A stretch of 64,000 nucleotides of DNA from Somniosus microcephalus (taxonomy: Eukaryota): the NCBI GenBank assembly GCA_052327205.1, contig CM126223.1, forward strand, positions 62,806,001-62,870,000. The letters run 5' to 3'. This document shows positions 62,346 to 64,000 of the stretch, piece after piece; position 1 is the stretch's first letter; every line of letters begins with the position of its first letter. Both the position numbers and the translations under genes were made by a program. The notes under the pieces are model-generated. The model was not told the origin of the DNA, did not search any database, and worked only from the letters and a program-made list of their open reading frames with translations.

Positions 62346-62829
62346 CGCACGGGAGTGGAGTGGGTCTCTGAAAGTGAACAGCAGTAACGGATAACAACTG
62401 TGACATGTTAGCAGTGATGCCAACCTCTCCTAGTAAGCACAGAGAAACATTACCAGCTGCTGTAGTCGTCATTCCACCACCCCCCCCCCCCCATGCAAAT
62501 ATTCAAAGAAGCACTCTGTTCTCATGCACTTTAGAATTCACACACAGATCTAATAAGCTGTACTTGAAATTACAAAAGAATTTGAATTTATTATCGTCTG
62601 GCCAATTAAATTAAATTGTGTACCCTTACAGGGGGTCTTAAATATGTTTGGAATAAAATTCATGCGCAGTAAGTCTTTTAAGGGATAGTCTTGCCTTTTA
62701 GCAAGTTACTTTATAGTTTCTCCTCCCTCCCCCCTTATTCTTGGATTGAGTTGTGAGGTGCATCCCATCTGCAGTGAGCCGATGTCATGCTCCAGGCCAT
62801 TGCTTTTTAAAAAATCTCTTTCACATTTA

Positions 62830-63450
62830 TTTTGGTTTCCTCCCCCCTTGCCCCATCCCATATTGGGATAGGATTCCATGGTGCATCAGCTCCTCTAAAT
62901 TCTCTACTGACCACACATTCTTCGCATGTAAACCTAGACTTCGATATTTAAGCAGGCTATTCAACTACAAGGGCATCGCAGCCATACCAAAATCTCTTTG
63001 CTTGCTATTCACTGATGCGCTATCTAATAAAATTGATGCGTTATCAATTACTGAGAGAGACTGGAAGTTAAGAGAGTAACAAACAGGCTTTTATTAGCTA
63101 AAGAACGAAGGCATGCCTCTAGTGATCGACCGGTCCTGAATGCCTGGGGAACTGCAGAGCAGCCACCTTTATACCAGGGCATATGGGTGGAGCCAGGGGC
63201 GGAGCCAGCTGAGGCATGCACAGACAGGTACAACAATGGGCAAGAGTGAACAACAGTGAAGTGAACAACAGTGGTTTACCACATTCACACACTTGCATTT
63301 TCCGTACACTTGCTCTGCCCGGTAAGAATCTGAGCAATTGGAACCCTGGTAGGAGTTCCCCTTCCGTCTCTCACCGATCTCCCAATTGTACCTGACTGAT
63401 TCCAGGCCAAGATTGGCAAACTCGGCACAGATTGAACCTGGGATCTCTAA
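62830..63450 (-). mobile_element. old tRNA-like SINE (second family) interrupted by an LTR relic
   Basis: AACTCGGCACAGATTGAACCTGGGA (reverse B-box region) and body motifs on both sides of the LTR. Confidence 0.45.
63013..63283 (-). mobile_element. LTR relic (Gypsy-like) with duplicated 3' end
   Basis: Minus strand TGTGGTAAAC...TATAAAG...AATAAA...GCATCA. 5-bp TSD TTCAC at 63008-63012 and 63284-63288. Confidence 0.8.
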
Positions 63451-64000
63451 GTTACCACCTCCAGGGGAGATTATCTTGGTGGTGGGTGGGGTTGCAGAGG
63501 GAAAGAGACAAACGGATATTTCTTCCACTTTTTTATTTCTCCAGGATGCATGTTTGTGGCACAGTTTACAAAGAAGGTTTTTGAAGTTGTTAGTGCATTA
63601 AGCTGCACGAGAGATTTACTGCTCCTCGTTAACCCAGTCGCACAGAACTGCTGCTTTTGAACGGTTAAAAAATTGCGCTGTAAAAATATGAAATAAATGC
63701 TGATCAGTCTGAAGGTAGTGAGGGCATAAAAATTAATGATTCTCTTAATCCTTATTTACTGAAATGGAACAAACAAAACTTGAATTTGAATGAAAATGCA
63801 CTTCAGTCTGTGCCAGTGCTGCTGACATCTCTGGAGCCTGCGCGGATAAGTAATGACTGCAATTGGAGACCGGACAATGAGTGAGAGCGAGCTGCCATCC
63901 TCATCTGTAAAACGTTGTCAATTGGAAAATTTTAAATATTTTCTTGCCTAAATTTTAATGGTCGATTTAAAAAAAAATTGTAACTCATTTACCACAAGTA

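Noticed and set aside
1-64000. CRISPR array, operon or prokaryotic defence system
   Set aside because: No regularly spaced direct repeats and no gene-dense coding; the sequence is vertebrate non-coding DNA.

Overview
Eukaryotic, repeat-rich, essentially non-coding 64 kb: a large intron or gene desert. The repeat inventory points to a cartilaginous fish (shark): many SacSINE1-like Deu-domain tRNA SINEs, HER1-like CR1 tails, L2 fragments and Penelope elements. I recognise no host protein-coding exon. Every ORF with recognisable homology is a retroelement fragment: Rex1/Babar RT, Penelope RT plus GIY-YIG, CR1, L2 and a CR1-group LINE. Highlights: (1) a TSD-bounded 393-bp 5S-rRNA-derived SINE whose 3' tail resembles the Rex1/Babar LINE in the same window (24137-24529); (2) a 151-bp near-perfect inverted repeat of apparently non-TE sequence with arms about 1 kb apart (22104-22254 and 23260-23410); (3) Penelope elements and foldback derivatives carrying minimal hammerhead ribozyme motifs; (4) three LTR relics with TSDs nested in older elements; (5) several MITE families and CNE-like blocks. 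Family names come from remembered consensus features, not database searches. Boundaries of old repeats are approximate.
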